Shown here one piece after another: positions 12,641-25,270 of a stretch of DNA of 64,000 bases (the stretch's first letter is position 1; every line of letters starts with the position of its first letter). Both the position numbers and the translations under genes were made by a program. Source of the DNA: Camelus ferus (Eukaryota); contig NC_045696.1 of the NCBI RefSeq assembly GCF_009834535.1, positions 66,404,001 to 66,468,000 of the forward strand, written 5' to 3'. Under the pieces are notes generated by a model. It worked only from the letters and a program-made list of their open reading frames with translations. It had not been told where the DNA came from and made no database searches.

Positions 12641-14599
12641 AATTATACGTGTATAAAGAGTACCTCGCTCAGTACGTAACACAATGCTCAATAAATGATA
12701 CAGCTCATATTTTAAAAATATAACAGTTGGAAAAAAGTTTAATAGGTGAAGACATTTCATGGAATGTGCCAGGACTCCAGGTTAAAATCTGTCCTCTGCT
12801 TCAACCTCTCTCTGGCATCTGGCAAATAACCATGAGTCATTGCCCAGTTATTCTCAGTAAAGAGTGTAAAACCAAAGCAGGTAGCAAAGAGAGCCTTGCC
12901 CTTCATCGAGGTTGCAGCCCTATTTTCTGGAGTCTGTGCCTCTCCTAGAAGCTGAGCAGGACCTGCTTCTTTTCTTTTCCTTGTGCGGGTCTCAGGGACA
13001 CTTGATCTTCTAGTCCTATTATAACCCATTGGGAAGTATGAACTTCCATATTCTTCTCTAGATTAAGCAACTTCCTGCTATATTCATTGGGGACAATAAA
13101 TATAGAGAGCCTAGAACTTGAGACCTGAAATAATTCCACACACATACTTTTTGAGCACACACCAAATTTCAGATACTGAGTTAGAAGATTAAAAATAAAC
13201 TAAATGTCAATCTTTTTTCCTAGGACTTCAAATTTAGTTGGAAGAACAGACTTGTATGAATGAATAAAATGTAGGGCAGATAAATACAAAGTATTGAGAG
13301 AACACAAGAGAAGGGGTCTGATTGCTTGAAGGTTTGTCAACAGAAATGATACCTTCCTTAGAGTAGCTCCCAGTCCTGGGCCTTTTGCCCCCTCCTCCTT
13401 CCCCTTTCCTATCCACATGAAGCCGTATTACTTTGTGGGTCGCATGTGTTGTTCCCTGCACAGGTGGAAAGACATTATTTTAGGACTGTGCCCTGAGTCT
13501 CTTGACTTGCCAGTTAATACACTGTCTGACTCACGGTGCCACGGGCATTTATTGCTCAACAAGCCAGGTGTGATAGCTCTGCGAGATCCAAATCCCACAA
13601 CCATAATGAAGGCTAGAATTTTCATTTCGTAAACAGCTTGGTCTGTAATTTGGTTTTGTTTTCTTACTTGATTGAGCTATTGCTTGGAACCTACAAGCTT
13701 TTAAAGGTGCATATTTTACTTTTTTATTTTTTCTAGAAAGCCTGTCAACTTAACTGCAAAATTTGGAATAAATTTCCCATCTCTATTTTCTTGAGTGTCT
13801 AATTAGACGTGGTGTTGCTGAGAATCTTCCACTACCTGCAGACAAGCGACTCTTCAAAGTGACTTGATCTGGGCTTCCTATCTGATTCTTGAATCAGCTC
13901 GTCATCATTCTTGCTGTGTGGATACCTAGCCTTCTGGTGACTCAACAGTGGCATGTGATTATACTCATGATCAGCCCATAATACTGGGTTTTCTTTATGA
14001 AATAGCCTATGTCTTATTTTCTGTGTTATCTTCTCTGGTTTTTAGAGCAGAGGCCTCATCAGAATAATGCTATCATCTTAGTGTTGCACAATTGTCAAAT
14101 TATTTTCACTGGCATTTCTATGATTCCTACATTCCTCTGAAGAAGACAAACTGGCATTATCACCACATCCACAGGAGAACAGCCACCCAGATCCCCAGTG
14201 TGAGGTTACGTTGGTTTCGCAGGTTATCTCAGACCATGATGACTATCAAAATCTTTTTTAATATTCTTGCATGACTGTCTCAAGGACCTCTTTCAGCACT
14301 TGACTTACAATGTTACAGTTTCCACCAGGACAAACATATCCTGTCCTGATGTCCAAAATGACTTCTTATTCTTCAATGTGTTTGCTTGGAGTTGACTGAA
14401 AAAAATAATAAACTTATTGTACCACAGGGCTTCACCATCATTGTGAGAGAAATAATGCTATTATTTTTTCCACTCAAGAATAAATTTGGATCTTTCAAGA
14501 TGTCAGATCTCTTAAAGAGTTTAGGTTTAGAGTCACATCAAATAATGGTCGCAACTGATTTAACACTACTCTGTGGCAACTCTTGTACACATCACCTTC

Positions 14600-14750
14600 C
14601 TTAAGTGTCCTTATTCCCATTTTTCAGTTGAGAAAACTAAAGCTTTACCTTGTGAACAACTCACCCAACAGCAAACAGTGAGGAACTTCAGCCTCTGGGA
14701 TTCAAACCTAGAGTTTCTGACTTGAAATCTTGAGCTCTTAGATCTTACAT
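14600..14750 (-). mobile_element. MIR SINE
   Basis: attcccatttttcagttgagaaaactaa...gggattcaaacctagagtttctgact. Confidence 0.7.
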
Positions 14751-14752
14751 TA

Positions 14753-14925
14753 GTATTTCTTAAAGTGTGGTGTCCGGACCACCTGCATTAGATTACCTGA
14801 AGTTTTTATCAATGTCAGCCTCCTGGACCTTTTCCTGAGGCTACTGAATGGGAATTTCTGGAGATATGACCAGGCATCTTCCTTTGGAACAAAGCTTTTT
14901 TGAACACTAAGGTTTGAGAACCACT
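14753..14925. mobile_element. MER5A hAT-Charlie MITE
   Basis: ttcttaaagtgtggtgtccggaccacctgcattag...aaggtttgagaaccact. Confidence 0.75.
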
Positions 14926-16245
14926 ACGCTCTGTCATCCTCCCCTCAGATACTTGTATAAAGCAGAGGGAAGGGTGTGCAAAAGCGTTAGCTTCATTACA
15001 CACCGTGGCTGCTGCCACGCGGTAACAACCAGAGCTTACTGGGGCCTACAGCCACCAAAGGGCTTGTACTTGGCTGCTTTGACATTGCACAGGATGGCTT
15101 GAATCAAGTTTTGGGCATAATTGAAACATGGAGCATTTTTGCTATTTTCCACATGTATATTTTAGAGATAGTGAGGAGAACGTCCTGTTTTGTGAACAGG
15201 CTGCACAGATTTCTGAACAGCATCTCCTCTTCCTGCTGCAGAGTCTCTGCAGGTGTGTTGTTACCCCCTCCCGGGCTGCTCCTGCCACAGTGCTGTCGCC
15301 AAAGCCGGAGCCAGGGAACTAGTCTACCTCACGGAGCCACCGAGGAGTGTTGACTGAACAGAACAGTGAAAACAGGAAAATCGTCACCTTGATCAGTGAG
15401 GAAGATCGTGCAGTGTAAGGTCCACAAAGCCTCAAAAACTCCCTGAAAAGTACAAGAGGTGTCTATGGAGTAAGACATAGGACATCATCGTGTCTTTGGG
15501 GATTAGAAATGAGTCCAATATCATACATGAAAAACCTTCAGAATTAAAATATTAGTAGGAGCTTACACATTAACATTGCTCCTTCCTGCTTGACTCATGG
15601 GAGGGTCCTGCCTCTCCAGCCAGCCCTTCTCACCATCACTTCTTTGTTAACGCCCCCAAGCTCCAGTGTGGTGAAACACGCCCATCTGGTTGCTCTGTTA
15701 ATGTTGATCATGAAAATCCAATTGCATTGTGGGTAAAGGGTACTTTAAAGTAGAAAGTCTTTAATTTTCAAAAGTTGAATCAGAAGTGGATTAGTACTCC
15801 TGTTTTTTCAGAAATTCTTCATGACTTTTATAAAATAAGCATAGTGACAGTTGCAAGTACAATTGGATTTTTTTCCAATTTTTTAGTTTATTATGTATAT
15901 ATGATTAGCCAGTCATGAGGACTGCCTTGTGTAGGCAGTATCTGCCTCGTTTTTACTGATGAGACGATATGGCTCAGATAAATAAAGGTAATTGCACAAA
16001 GTGATAGAGCTAATGCCAGAGTCAAAACAGTAATTTAAGTCACTCCAAACCAAGGGCATTTGCTTCTTCAAGGAATCTCCATGGGAAAACAAGTCTTCAA
16101 AGAACAATGAAAAGTATGAATTACCATTGTCATTGCCACACACTATTGATATCACTATGCCTCCTGATAGCTGAGCTTCGCGCCTTCTAAAATGCTGATG
16201 CCTGTTCCAGAGACTTCCTGGTAATAAACGTAAACGATTTCTTGC

Positions 16246-16299
16246 TTCTGAATGTTTTCAGATTAAAAGCGTTTCTGAATGTTTTGAGATTAAAAGTGT
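16246..16299. repeat. 27-bp tandem duplication (25/27 identical)
   Basis: ttctgaatgttttcagattaaaagcgt followed by ttctgaatgttttgagattaaaagtgt. Confidence 0.9.
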
Positions 16300-16476
16300 A
16301 AAACTTGCTCAAGGGGCTAGATGGTGTTTTCATTCTGTTTCTGTGTGGGTGGTCTACTGCGACTCCCAAGACCACCACCATTGTGGGGCTGGAGCACTGG
16401 TGGATGGCGCACTAGGGAATTGGGAGCTGTTGTTTTACCTTCCAAAACAACAGCTGAGCTAGCCAAGCCCAGGGCA

Positions 16477-16514
16477 GCGTGCGCACGCGCACACACACAC
16501 TCACACACACACAC
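16477..16514. repeat. (GC/GT)-(CA)n alternating purine-pyrimidine tract
   Basis: gcgtgcgcacgcgcacacacacactcacacacacacac. Confidence 0.9.
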
Positions 16515-17844
16515 CCCTGCACAGCTGCATTAGCCTCTGGCTTCAACTCCACCCACTCAATCCCTTCATCAAAAAGAGCTTTCCTTGCCTTTCCAAAGCT
16601 CCCACTCCTTCCACAGACATCTAGAGATGTAGACATGCAGATGTCAAGACCCCAGGGACCGGTTTACAAAAGGGACTCCCAATCCAGCGACCCAGGTTTC
16701 TCAAACAGCAGCCTGAGCATGGCGTTCGGGGACTTACATTTCTCAATGTGTGTCTCTTATCTTGAAAACGCATCTACCCCAGAGTCAACCTCTGCCTCTC
16801 TGTCCTGGGGCAGCCGGTGTGCATTAAGTTCCAAAAAACAATTCCGTCACTCATAATGATGTGCTTCTGTCCGGCTATTTGACGTGTGTCAGGTGTATTC
16901 AGCAAAGCAGGCAGGCCTGGGACCAGCCCAAGTGTCTGGACTCTAATTTTCATATTTTAATGTATAGTCGGTGCAGTAATTTTGAGAGAAGTTCTACCTC
17001 TAACTACCCACAGAGCTTCTAGAGCATGTTGCTTTAAAGCAATCCTCTTGGTAAATAGTGTTTCTTCAACCCCAGAGGGTATGTCAGGTGGGGGAGTTGG
17101 CCATATTTCAACATTCCAAGTGGGAAATAACTAGCGAAAGACTGGCCAAGGTACTTTCTGACATGTTGGTTTTAGACAAACTTGAAATGAAAAAAAGATG
17201 CAGTTGTGCTTTCCCTTCTTTGTGTGCCCCAGTGAACTTTTGTTCCATCAGAACTGTTCTTTCTTCGGAATCTGGCATCTGCTGCTCAAACCACCCCCTC
17301 ATGCTCAGACACGTTTATGAACTTTTCTCAGAAATTTCTGATGGTACCTCTCTGGGACATTTTGTCAAGAGCTTTTCCTTGTGCCCAAATCTTAATGAAT
17401 TCACAACGACTCTTTAAGCCGTTAGGGCCTCCCTCAGACCCTTCAGTGATTGGGGTCAAGGTGGTCAATCTCCACTTTTTAAAAAGAACTGCAGGAACTA
17501 GAATGAGCTCAAAAAATGAGTCTGGTGCTCATTCCTAGGCTACCCTCCCATACAAGGTGCAGCCTGCAGCCGACATAACTTCCTCCCAGGTTTCAGAAAT
17601 TCCACCAGGAATGAGCAGAAGAGGCGATTCATCACAAGAGGTCATAGAAGGGGGCTAAGGGAAAGGGTCAAGATAGAGAGGGTCACAGCAAAGAGGAGCA
17701 GAAGGGAGTGTCTGGGGGAAAAATTAGCAAGAAGCATTTCATCATACAAAAGGAAGGAAACCCATGCCTGTCAAATAGCTATTATGTCCTAGGTCCTCGG
17801 CAAAGCACTTTAGCATAGAGTCTCATCTCATTCTCCTCTTGGAA

Positions 17845-18250
17845 AGCAGGTTGAATTATTTCCCCACAAAACTCACATGCTGATGTCCGGAGCCCCCAGT
17901 ACCTCAGAATGTAATCTTAGTTGGATATAGGACTCTTGCAAATGTAATTAGTCAAGATGAGGTCATTTGGGCAGACCCTAATCCGTTATGACCTGTGTCC
18001 TTATAAAAAGGAGAAATTTGGACTCCAACAGACACTCTTAGAGGGAAGACAGTACGAAGAGACACAAGCTAAATAAGGCTGCACGTAAGCTGAGGAGACA
18101 GATTCTTCTCTCACAGCTCTTAGAGGAAACCGACACTGCTGACACCTTGGTTTGAGACTTCTAACCTCCAGAACTGTGAGGTGGTAGATCTTTGTTGTGT
18201 AAACCACCCACTTATGGTACTTTGTTACTGCAGCCCTAGCAGATTAATAG
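17845..18250 (+). mobile_element. MLT1 (MaLR) solo LTR, MLT1B/C-like, inserted in an antisense MIR
   Basis: ccccagtacctcagaatgt, gatgaggtcat, gtgtccttataaaaagg, ctgctgacaccttg, acttctaacctccagaactgtgag, tatggtactttgttactgcagccctagca. Confidence 0.85.
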
Positions 18251-18869
18251 GGAAGGCACTGTCAGTATCATTTCACATAAGAGGAAACCGAAGCTTGAAG
18301 AGGTTACTTGGGCTCACTCATAGCAAATGAGTTAGAACTTGAGCACAGGTCTGCCGGATGCCAAAGTCCAGTGTTTTTTTTTTCCTGCTACCCGATTAGA
18401 ATTTGTTGCTAGAATAAAATATGATCCCCTTTGAAAAGAACATGATCCCTCTGCGGTTTTCAAACATTTGGCTTAGAGATTCTTTTGTTCACAATGTGAT
18501 GAAGAAGTTCACTATGTAAATCAGAAGAAGGCAGATATGTTCCAGTTGGAGCAGGGATGGAGCCCGTAGTCGGACATAATTATCCCTCTCCTCATCACCA
18601 CCCTGGGATGGTCCTCAAGGGGCCTCTGCAATCCACTGTTGTACAGAGCGCAACCTGAAAACCACTGTGTTTAAGAGGAAGCTAGACAGGCACTAACAGT
18701 ACCCACACTCAGTGTAACACAGGGAGTAAGAAATGCTCATCGTTCAATGTTATGAAATGCATCATATAGAAGCAGAAATTACAACCCTTCCTCCAGAGTG
18801 CATAAAAGATACAAAGTCTTGAAAGCATCTCTGCTATCAGGTTGACAGGTTACGACAGAGAAGAAACAG

Positions 18870-19060
18870 CACTGACTGGACAGGGGTAAACGTGCTACTT
18901 ACTAGCCGTGTGGTTCGGGGCAAGTTCTCCCCTGTCTGACTCTGTTTCCCCATCTCTGAGGTCCAGGTAGTCGTGTGTGCCCTGCATCCCTCACAGACTC
19001 AGTGAGATGACAAATGAAGTAATGGATGTGAAAAGGGCTTTGCAAAGCATGGAGCGGTGC
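18870..19060 (+). mobile_element. MIR SINE
   Basis: ctacttactagccgtgtggttcggggcaagt...tctgtttccccatct. Confidence 0.7.
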
Positions 19061-20349
19061 CCCAACAGGATGAGCTCTCTAAGCACACACACAAAAATTA
19101 CATAAAGGAAGATACTTAGTGAAACATACAGAGGAATCAGGGAGGGACCTTGGGGTGAGAGCTTCTGATTCCCAAGCCAAACCAGTAGGATTTAGGCTGA
19201 GCACCACATCTGGGAGAATCAGCACACCGTGAAATTATGAAGTGTGATCATTAACTGGGCCATTCTGCACAGGCCTTCACCTCCGAGGTTCAGCATTCCC
19301 TTTGAAGTCCATGACCTTCCATGTGTCACTGAACTGCTGAATGACTACTCTGAACTGAATCAAGCGTCCCAGCCCACCCTGCTGATGGAATCAGACAAGG
19401 TTCACCCCACACAGCCGGGGTCCCTGGTTGGCATTCAGTCCAGCGGTTCAAGCTGAGCACTCAGGGGCTGGTAAAACACATAGGCCTGCAGTCGGCCATC
19501 AGCCACTGACTTCAGGGAGAAGAACATGTCACCTGTGGTTTGTTTTTGTTCTTCTAGTCCAGCTAGAAACTCTTAGAGGCTCATTTATTTTTAATGGGGA
19601 GTTCAACTCATACTCTGCTAATAACAATGAAAAGATACTTTTTCACTTTTTACCTAGATTTCAGAAGTTCCAGAATGTCAGAGGAGGAAGGGAGGTCACG
19701 TGGCCGAGCTCTTCTTTGACTAGATGGACTAACTAAGACCCCAAGAGGGGTATTGACTTTTCAAAGTTCGCTCAGTTTGTTAGCAGGAGAGCAAGTTTTA
19801 GAACTTGGATCAATTATCTCTCAACCTTGTGCTCTATTTATACACTACTGGAAGAATGGACATATTAGCATTAAAGGGATGCTGGAGGTTGAGGAGATAA
19901 GCCCTCCTTTGTACAACATATTTCAGTTCTCAATCACAACAGAGACGCATAAAGTGCCTAACTGTGTGCTTGGTGCTGCACGTAGAAATTGGAGGTCACA
20001 TTATTTAAAGATACGTGTGAAATAATAATGGGATAAACATTTCAGGTGGATGCATGTATTAACAAGATAGTAAACAACTCGATATCAGTACATACATTTT
20101 CATAGGCTGTCTAACGTGGTGACTTACTTTGTCATTTTCAAACTTTGACAAATCACACGGGTACAGCCTCTAAGGCATTTCTACGTGAGTTATACAAAAA
20201 CACAGTTCCTTATGATACTTAATAATAGCTTCTGTACATCTGTACAGCAGTTTAGAAAAATCTTTATAAAATAAAGTTTCATTTTTTCACTTTTTATTCC
20301 AGGACACGGAGATATGAAATGACTCATCCAGTTTCCACACTTGCTGGCT

Positions 20350-20470
20350 GAGTAAATGGGGGTAGATTACTCAACGAGTCTGTGCCTCCATTTCCTCATC
20401 TATGAAATGGGGATGGTAGCACAGTCTACCTCATAGGATAGTTGTTCTAAGTGAAATAATGTACGCAAGG
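20350..20470 (+). mobile_element. MIR SINE
   Basis: tctgtgcctccatttcctcatctatgaaatggggat...tacctcataggatagttg. Confidence 0.8.
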
Positions 20471-20619
20471 ACATGTATTCATTATTAATCCTTTTATCAC
20501 CATGTGTTAAGTTCTCACAAGGGAGAAGTTATGGGCCTGGGACGTGAATTACAGTTCCTGACTTCAGCTTCTCTGCTCTCCCATTCTCCCATTTCCCCTT
20601 TAATCTTTTTCCCACTCAA

Positions 20620-20955
20620 TTTTTTTTTCATCTGAAACATAGTTGATTTACAATGTTGTGTTAGTTTTCTGGTATACGACATAGTGATTCAGTTGTACAT
20701 ATATACATTCTTTTTCATTATAGGTTATTACAAACTATTGAATATAGTCCCCTGAGCTCTGCAGTAAGACCTTGTTGTTTATCTATTCTGTATACAGCAG
20801 TTTGTATCTGCTAATCCCAAACTCCTGATTTACCTATTCCCCTCCTTTTCCCATTTGCTAACTGAAAGTTTGTTTTCTATGTCTGTGAGTCTGTTTCTGT
20901 TTTGTAAATAAGCTCATTCATGCCATTTTGTTGGATTCCACATGTAAGTGATACA
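20620..20955 (-). mobile_element. Cetartiodactyl-type L1 3' UTR with poly(A)
   Basis: Poly-T then catagttgatttacaatgttgtgttag...gtttgttttctatgtctgtgagtctgtttctgttttgtaaataag...gattccacatgtaagtgata. Confidence 0.9.
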
Positions 20956-20963
20956 CATAGGGC

Positions 20964-21706
20964 AGGACACCATAAATCCCCTAGAAGAGAACATAGGTAA
21001 AACATTCTTTGACATAAATTGTCGCAATGTTTTCCTAGGGTAGTCTACAAGGTAATACGAATAAAAGCAAAAATAAATAAATGGGACCTAATTAAACTTA
21101 TAAGCTTTTGTACAACAAAGGAAACCATAGACAATACAAAAAGATAACCTACTGGACTGGGAGAAAATATTTGCAAACGGTGTGACTGACAAGGGCTTAA
21201 CTTCTAGAATATATAAACAGCTTTTATGGCTTAATAACAAAACAAAACAACAACAACAACAACAAAAAAACAATCAAAAACTGGGCAGAAGCCCTAAACT
21301 GACATCTCTCCAATGAAGACATACAGATGGCCAATGCACATGAAAAGAGACTCAATATCACTATCAGAAAAACACAAATCAAAACTACAATGAGGTGTCA
21401 CCTCACACCAGTCAGAATGGCCATCATTGAAAAATCCACAGACAATAAAGGCTGGAGAGGTGTGGAGAAAAGGGAACCCCCCTACACTGCTGGTGGGAAT
21501 GTAATTTGATGCAGCTATGGAGGTTCCTTAAAAAACTAAAAATAGACTTACCATATGATCCAGCAATCCCACTCCTGGGCATGTATCCAGAGAAAACTCC
21601 AATTCAAAAAGACACATGCACCCCAGTGTTCACAGCAGCACTACTTACAGTAGCCAAAACACGGAACCAACCTAGATGTACACAGACAAATGATTGGGTA
21701 AAGAAA
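20964..21706 (+). mobile_element. L1 ORF2 C-terminal segment (inverted 5' part of the same insertion)
   Basis: ORF-track peptides [18 protein letters not shown] and [25 protein letters not shown]...DWVKK are canonical L1 ORF2p C-terminus; frameshifted. Confidence 0.95.
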
Positions 21707-22169
21707 CTTCCTGCTCAAATGTTTTGAATTTTCGATATTTTGTGGGTGTGTCTTCTCTCAAAGAATTTCTTCTCCTCAATTTGGCACCAATTCCTTCCCA
21801 CTTCCATTTTATTTTAAATTAGATGATATTTTAGGAGAAATGTGATCTTTCCCAAATACCTAAATAATTAAGTTTAGATATTTCCAACTCTCATTGTGCG
21901 CAGTTATAAACTGATAATCTGAACCCGTGCTTTTTCAAGGGAATAATAGTTTACAGCGTTAGAGCACATGATCAAGGCAAGATGCTTTCGTATCCATTGT
22001 TTAATGTGATTTTCAGAAGAGCCTGTGAGCTGGTCGCGGCACACATTTTATGGTTGAGGATCTAACGCTCAGAAGTTAAATGACTGCAAAATATCAAACG
22101 ATCATAAGTGGCAGAGTGAAGACCAGAATCTGGTTCCAGTGATGTCAACTCAAAACATGATAAAGCTTG

Positions 22170-22373
22170 GACAGGAGCAATACCACAGGGAACAGTAAAG
22201 CCTGTGGAAAAGGAAAGAGCTCCAAACGTGGAAGCATTGGCCCAATGTTCCTATTGGGGCTTCTTATTTTTTTAAGAGAAGCTAGGAGTATTTTTATGTG
22301 AAATAGCCCAATTTTTAAAACATTTTGAATTCCAAACCAAACATATTCTTGGGCCACTTGTTTGCAACTTTTG
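22170..22373. mobile_element. MER102-like hAT-Charlie element
   Basis: tttttaagagaagctagg...tttttatgtgaaat...tgggccacttgtttgcaacttttg followed by atctaga. Confidence 0.55.
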
Positions 22374-23142
22374 ATCTAGACTCACATTCTTGGCCACATA
22401 TGCCTCTTTCTACTGCCCAGACTGAATTTATTTCAGGAGAAATTATTCTTATCAAAATGTTTTTTTCTCTGGCTAGAATAAACCAAGTTTACTTTTTCTA
22501 AGCGCAAAAGCTAGACTCTGATATCTACCAACCAACACACACTCAACATAGCTAAAATAGAACTCCTGACTTCTTTCTTCTCCCCCGTCCCCTAACGCTA
22601 CTTCTTCCCAAGTCCTATTTACCACCATCCACCTGGTGGCTCAGACCACAATCCTAGGACTCACCCTTGATTCCTCTTCCACCCTCATATCCGGCACCCA
22701 ACACGTCAGAAAGTTCTGTTGTCTCTCTCTAAAACCCAACCTCCAGTTGCATCTCATCATGAAACCCAGCGCTACAATGCTAACTCAAGCTCCAGTCAGT
22801 CCTTGCTTGTTCAGACTGATCTCTCTGCCTCACTTTTGCCCCCCTAGCATCCATCCTCTGCACAGCAGCCAGAGTGATCGTTTAAAAATGAAAGCCAGAT
22901 GGTATCACTCCTTGGCTCAAAACCCCTTCAAGACTCCCTGTTGTCATCAGATTAAAATTCCTACACAGCTCTGCACGATCAGGGTCCAGCCTTCCCCTTC
23001 TGCCTCTCCTCTCCCGTTTGGTGACCAGGCATCTGCCAGACTGGCCTTCTTTTGGTCAGAAACACCAAGCTCATTCTCTGCTAAGACCTTTGCAATTTCT
23101 ATTTCTTCTTCTTGGACTATACTGCTAACCCAGTTTTTGGTG

Positions 23143-23270
23143 ATGTTTTTAATTGAAGTGTAGTTGACATACAATGTTACTTTCAGATGTACAGCAAAGT
23201 GATCCAGGTATACATACACATATGTATTTTTTTTTCTTTTCCATTATATGCTGAACTATATTCAACTTCT
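23143..23270 (-). mobile_element. Short L1 3' end
   Basis: tttttaattgaagtgtagttgacatacaatgtta...tgtacagcaaagtgat. Confidence 0.75.
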
Positions 23271-23309
23271 TGTAATAACATATAATGGAAACCTGCTGCC
23301 CCAGCTTTA

Positions 23310-23530
23310 AGTGGTGGGTGATGAGGGCAAAGAGTGCAGGTTCTGGAGAGAGGCTTCTGGGTTCAAATCCCAGGTTGTCCATATCAGGCGAGTGGTTTAA
23401 TGTGTACTTCAGCATCCTCTTCTGCAATATGGAGATAAAAAAGAAGGCACCCCCCTCACAGGGTTGCAGTAAAGCTTAAATTTGGTGATTGCAGTAGAGA
23501 GTTCACAGGCCTTGCACACAGTGAGCTCTC
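23310..23530 (+). mobile_element. MIR SINE
   Basis: caaagagtgcaggttctggag...ctgggttcaaatcccag...cctcacagggttg. Confidence 0.75.
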
Positions 23531-24629
23531 AGACTCTCCTGATGTTACGTGTGCATCACTAATTTGCTTCCTCTTATTCGGGTCCCATTAAAGAGCACCT
23601 TCTAAAGATGCCTTCATGGATTTGCCCCTAAAAGGGCTCCCCCTCAGTCTCTTTCACGGTACTCTATTTTTACTAGCACTTCTTAGTAGCTGACTTTTCT
23701 TACTTACTTATTTTCTTACTTACTTGTTTATCTGCATGTTTATAGAACATGTATCCCCATTATCATGTAATTCCGAAAGAATCATGTCTTCCAAAGAAGA
23801 CAGGGATTCTATTGTGATCAGCACCTGAAATGCTGAGTCTGAAACACCCCCATTCAGACAACGGGCTGACCCCATAAATACTTGTTTTGAATGTCCCTTC
23901 ATAGGGTTGACCCACAGGAAGTGCCCAGTGAGGATTTGCTCAAATGAATGGCATTGAAATCTTTTGTTTTACTTTTCCACTTTACAAGAAGCTTATACCT
24001 TGAGAACTTCTTTAGAACAGCCGTTTTTTGATTCCCTAATAGAGCACACTGGCCCCATTAGAATTTTATTCTCCTTTCCGTGGTCAAATCTGGAATAAAA
24101 CAAAATGCTGAGGGGTTTTTTTTCCCCTCACTTTAGACATAATTGCATCCTGACTGTTTTTTGTTACGAGGAATTCCCCATGAGAAATTTGATCTGAGGC
24201 TTTCATACTTTAGGTTACAGGGCTTGAGTTTCTCATAAACTTCAAAGAGAAATGGTAAATTATTCATGATTAAAATACCAGCAACAGAAAAATCTTTGCA
24301 AAACCCAAACAAAACAAAACAAAACCTATCCATCCATAATTGCTGTTACCCAGAGAGGTTTTAAGTCATATTTAGGGGCAATACTTTGCTTCTAGAAATG
24401 CCAGTTACTGTATCAAGTTCTAATAAAATTGGATATGAGGACTTTTGCCCCAGGATTACAGCAGGAAGGACCATGGTCTAACGCCTTATTCAGCCCAGGA
24501 GCAACTGAGGCCCAAAGAGGGCACTCCTCAGTCGAGACCAGACTCCGGTCGTTTTATTCCCAAACCAGAATTTTCTCCACTATCTAAACTGCTTTAATAT
24601 ACTTTCTTTCTTTCTTTTTTTTTTTTTTT

Positions 24630-25270
24630 TTTGCCACCCTATTTTTTATTATGAAAAATTTCAAGAAATGAAAAAAAGAGAGAAAAAAGTATAATGTACA
24701 CTCATGTCTATAATCTAGAATGCATTGGATAATTGCTAATATTTTACTATATTTGTATCATCTTTCTTTTTTACGAAAGTAATTTGAAGTAAATTACAGA
24801 GAGGGTGGCATTTTGTCCCTGTTACGCATTTCTAAGAAAATAAGGCTATTTCTCTCTGTAAGCACAGTACCATCATACCTACCAAAAATAGGAATAATTT
24901 CTTAACATCATCTAATACCCAAATCATATTCAGATACTTCCAAGTACTGCTGTAATTTCACTTATAGCTATCTCATCTGTGATCCAATCAAGACTCATGC
25001 TTTGCCTTTGATAGTTATGTCTGTTAAGTCTCTTTCAATTTAAAATATTCTCTTTTAATGCCATGCCATATTGTATAATTTTTTTTATTATTTTGTGTTT
25101 TTTTCCATAATATTGATTTTTTGAAGAGATGGGAAAAGTCTTCTATAAAATGTTCCCCTTCTGGGTTGGTCTAAATCCTTCCTGATGGGTGTTTGTTTTG
25201 TTCCTCTCTCTCCCCCACCCCCTGTGAAATGGAAGTGAGATCTAAAGGCTTGATTACATTAACATCAAAG
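24630..25270 (-). mobile_element. Old L1 (L1ME/MD) 3' UTR fragment
   Basis: tttttattatgaaaaatttcaa...aagtaaattacaga...aataatttcttaacatcatctaataccca...gatccaatcaag. Confidence 0.7.

Larger units (their letters stand above)
22520..23890 (+). mobile_element. L2 LINE 3' region, interrupted by L1 and MIR
   Basis: cacactcaacatagctaaaatagaactcctga, ctcacccttgattcctc, cacagcagccagagtgatcgtttaaaaatg; ends cataaatacttgttttgaatg. Confidence 0.85.

Noticed and set aside
15166..15414. Possible exon (ttttag acceptor ... gtaagg donor) in a GC-richer stretch
   Set aside because: Weak splice signals and no recognisable product; a lncRNA exon cannot be supported without RNA data.
21327..21727. ORFs of 60 and 73 aa with recognisable protein sequence
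   Set aside because: Frameshifted L1 ORF2p C-terminus, not a host gene.
22636..23163. Longest ORF in the track (175 aa)
   Set aside because: Lies in the L2 3' region, has a non-ATG start, runs into an L1 tail, and shows no recognisable domain.
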